A stretch of 64,000 nucleotides of DNA from Catajapyx aquilonaris (Eukaryota). Location of the stretch: the NCBI GenBank assembly GCA_000934665.2, contig JYFJ02000293.1:62001-126000 (forward strand). Direction: 5' to 3'. Numbering within the stretch: the stretch's first letter is position 1; each line of letters begins with the position of its first letter. Below are positions 61,801 through 64,000 of this stretch, piece by piece. Under the pieces are notes generated by a model. The model saw only the letters and a list, made by a program, of their open reading frames with translations. It was not told where the DNA came from and did not search any database. A program made the position numbers and the translations under genes.

Positions 61801-61904
61801 CTATGACCACCGTTTATGTCACGACCTCTGCGCCGGTACAGCCCACGGCGGGATACAATCCGTATTTCCCTGCACCACAGTTCCCTCTTCCGTTTCTGGG
61901 TTGA
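46862..61904 (+). CDS. Large secreted Ser/Thr/Pro-rich (mucin-like) DUF4758-type protein; exons 46862-46904, 57275-57466, 58105-58759, 59721-60446, 60501-60856, 60916-61904; about 986 aa
   Basis: A signal-peptide exon (MHLALLLALLALLP) splices in phase to the exon carrying TTTVYGFLDFVTTIGNTVMVFTP. The segment PTGLVTTLDATLVADGITTLMKTSVIGTFFDGKYAQIL resembles the arthropod DUF4758 domain. The C-terminus has SKVLKLQFGARTTLTTIFST. The first-exon assignment across a 10.4-kb intron is inferred. Confidence 0.8.
50007..50142. mobile_element. piggyBac-type MITE, 136 bp
   Basis: TTAA|CCTCCTGAAACCCCTGGTACAGTATACTGTAC...GTACAGTATACTGTACCGGGGGTCTCAGGAGG|ATAA, with one TSD mismatch. Confidence 0.8.
57441..58090 (+). 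repeat. Tandem array of six ~107-112 bp units spanning an exon/intron boundary
   Basis: Units start at 57441, 57553, 57663, 57771, 57878 and 57985 (CACRCCTCAGAC.GCTCCT...AACGGTCCGTTAAATTG.TGGAGAAACAGGCATTAAAT). Confidence 0.95.
58788..59012. mobile_element. Foldback MITE-like inverted repeat in an intron
   Basis: CTGCCGTCAGATGTGAGAGGACCGTAACTCAAT ... ATTGAGTTACGGTCTTCTCATATCTGACGGCAG; imperfect pairing extends inward. Confidence 0.8.
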
Positions 61905-61984
61905 CCTCACTGACCTTTCCCCCAACTCAAAGCAGAACGAGAGGTCAGATGTCATCTGGGAGTCAAAATTGCCCGCGTTATGAA

Positions 61985-62120
61985 TGACGTCACAATCCCC
62001 TAGTTCGTTTGGTGTGACGTCATCGTTCCTTGTGCATCACTGGCTTTGACGTCATAATTCCTGGTTTTTACTGGCTTCGTCGTCATCATTCCTTATATCC
62101 ATTAATAATGACGTCACGCC
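61985..62120. repeat. Degenerate ~31-bp minisatellite with a TGACGTCA core
   Basis: TGACGTCA at 61985, 62015, 62047 and 62109, plus a CGTCGTCA variant at 62078. Confidence 0.7.
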
Positions 62121-64000
62121 ACTTGCAACGTCGGTAATAACTTCTGACGCGACCAAAATCTGTCTAATTTTTTTAAAAATAATGCTGATTAGTGTACTAA
62201 AGCACTAAAGCAGTTACATGTTGAAGATGGTCGTAAAATTACATTCAAAAATTTATTTTTTTGTACATTGTGGAACAGTAATGCTGTGCTCCTCTATCTT
62301 TTACGATTATATTTTTTTAAAAATATTTGTAGGTTTGTTCTCTGTGAAGAAAAGCTATTCATGGAGAGAGTTTTCGCGACGTAGTTGTTTTTTTATTTAA
62401 AAAAACATTGCTCAGCAAATGTTGAACAAAAGTCATTCTCTAGCCTGTCATCTTTTTATTTTTTTTTCTAGAACTCTTTGAACTATGTTTTTGTAGGCTA
62501 ATGACTTTTTTTTAAAATTGCTTTCCATCTCTACCTCTTTTTCATCCCTCAAAAACATGCTTAGGCGATTTTATTAGTTTACTATTGAAAATTCTTTCAG
62601 GTAAGGGGGATTTTTCTTCAAATAAAAAAAGAAGGATTGTCTAGTTATTTAAGTATGATGGAAAGTGCTATTTATTTGGACGGAGGAAAAAGAAAAGAAA
62701 TTTATGAATGGGACTAGATGTAGTCCTTGGAGGCCATCTATTATATTTTTTTTGGTATTTCCTTCATCCAGGAGTGGACATAAAATATGACATTTCACCA
62801 CCGATAAAAATATGTGCGCAATTATTAATACAAGTGAAATGTCGATTTTATGACACTCTTTTGAAAGGTAATAATAATGCTCCTCAAGAAGAAGAAGAAA
62901 AAAAAGTATCCTGTACAAACACTTGTAAATAAAGTGGCTTCCAAATCACACAAAACGGAAGCTGTAGCCCTCATGAAATTATTGTGAGTTTATTTTCCCA
63001 CAATCTAGTTACTAATATTATGAATATTAATTTACCTATATATGAATCTTCTGATACAAACTAAACAATAACGTCGTGAAACCAATTTTTGAATTATTTT
63101 GCTATTAGAAATTTCCATTTTCTCTCGTCTAATTATTTTTTAAATTATCGCAACTGATCACTGGCACCAGCAACTTTTTTTTGCACATTTTTTATTACTG
63201 ACTGTTCATTTGCGTGGGTGTAAAGTGACTTTGTAATGTATTGAAGGCTCTGAAAAGTTCTTGATTTCCTTTATCTCGGTGACTACGGGCAGTTATCTAC
63301 TGACTAATCGCTGGCCAAACATTGCGTTCAAAAAAAGTCTATCTTATCAATAAGCTCGGCACGTTGGTGTATACCTATACCAGAGAATGCAAGACTAAAA
63401 TAAAACACTCAAGGTTTCTATGCCTTGTTCAGTAAGTAATGTTCTGATGATTTTTGAGGAGCAATGATGCACTATCATGTACTGAAATTCCATCAATTTT
63501 TGTACTACAAATTTTCAGAAAAAAAAAACAATCCCTCAATTTAATGAGCATCAACATGTGGAGTATTGTACAATATCTCTTCATGCACTGTTTCGTATAA
63601 ATTATTTTGTACACCATGTTTGTTAACAAAAATGATTCAGAGCACTATTTTTTCTGTGTATCTTTCTCTCTGTATTTTTTGTGTCGACATCAATTACCAG
63701 TTCCGGTAGTGAATCACAGCATGAGGCATCCAGGTAAGTTCGACAACGCAGCGATGAAAAATCCCTGGGCGACAATCTAATCTAATCCTCGTGTACTCTT
63801 TGTTCCAATAGGTGAGAAGAAGCGTCCTCTTTTTTTCAACCCACAGTGTGCCAGATAACAAAGCGTTCAGTTTGAGAAGCCAAACGGGATTTGAACGTAC
63901 AGAAAATTTGGAGCAAGTGTGTATCACACACACATTTTTGAAACTTAAAAAAAATAAGTGGTGAAAGATGGCTGGAGGAAGCGGAAGAGGCAAAGGAGAG

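Noticed and set aside
63694..63993. Minus-strand 99-aa ORF at the window end
   Set aside because: No recognisable homology or convincing splice acceptor; it cannot be supported without flanking sequence.

Overview
Eukaryotic invertebrate genomic DNA, probably arthropod (inferred from a DUF4758-like gene and many compact 50-100 nt introns). The first ~26 kb is gene-dense: the 3' part of CCDC40, SNAPC3, mitochondrial TyrRS (YARS2), a small C2H2 zinc-finger ORF, two tandem intact multi-exon genes, an SLC45 transporter, tRNA-Gly(TCC) and a secreted, probably GPI-anchored Cys-rich Ly6/quiver-like gene. The remaining ~38 kb is mostly intergenic or intronic. It is rich in MITEs, SINE/LINE fragments and a probable non-autonomous Helitron, and contains a large secreted Ser/Thr/Pro-rich DUF4758-like gene (46862-61904). 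The standout observation is the tandem pair at 9709-12203 and 13207-15499. Each encodes a chimera of the eIF5 N-terminal GAP/zinc-finger domain fused, at an intron, to the HEAT body of the eIF5 antagonist 5MP/BZW (Krasavietz). Both have an altered Arg15/GNG/Lys33 catalytic region and lack the W2 acidic-aromatic boxes. All gene models were spliced by hand and homologies are recognised from memory of the families, not from database searches.
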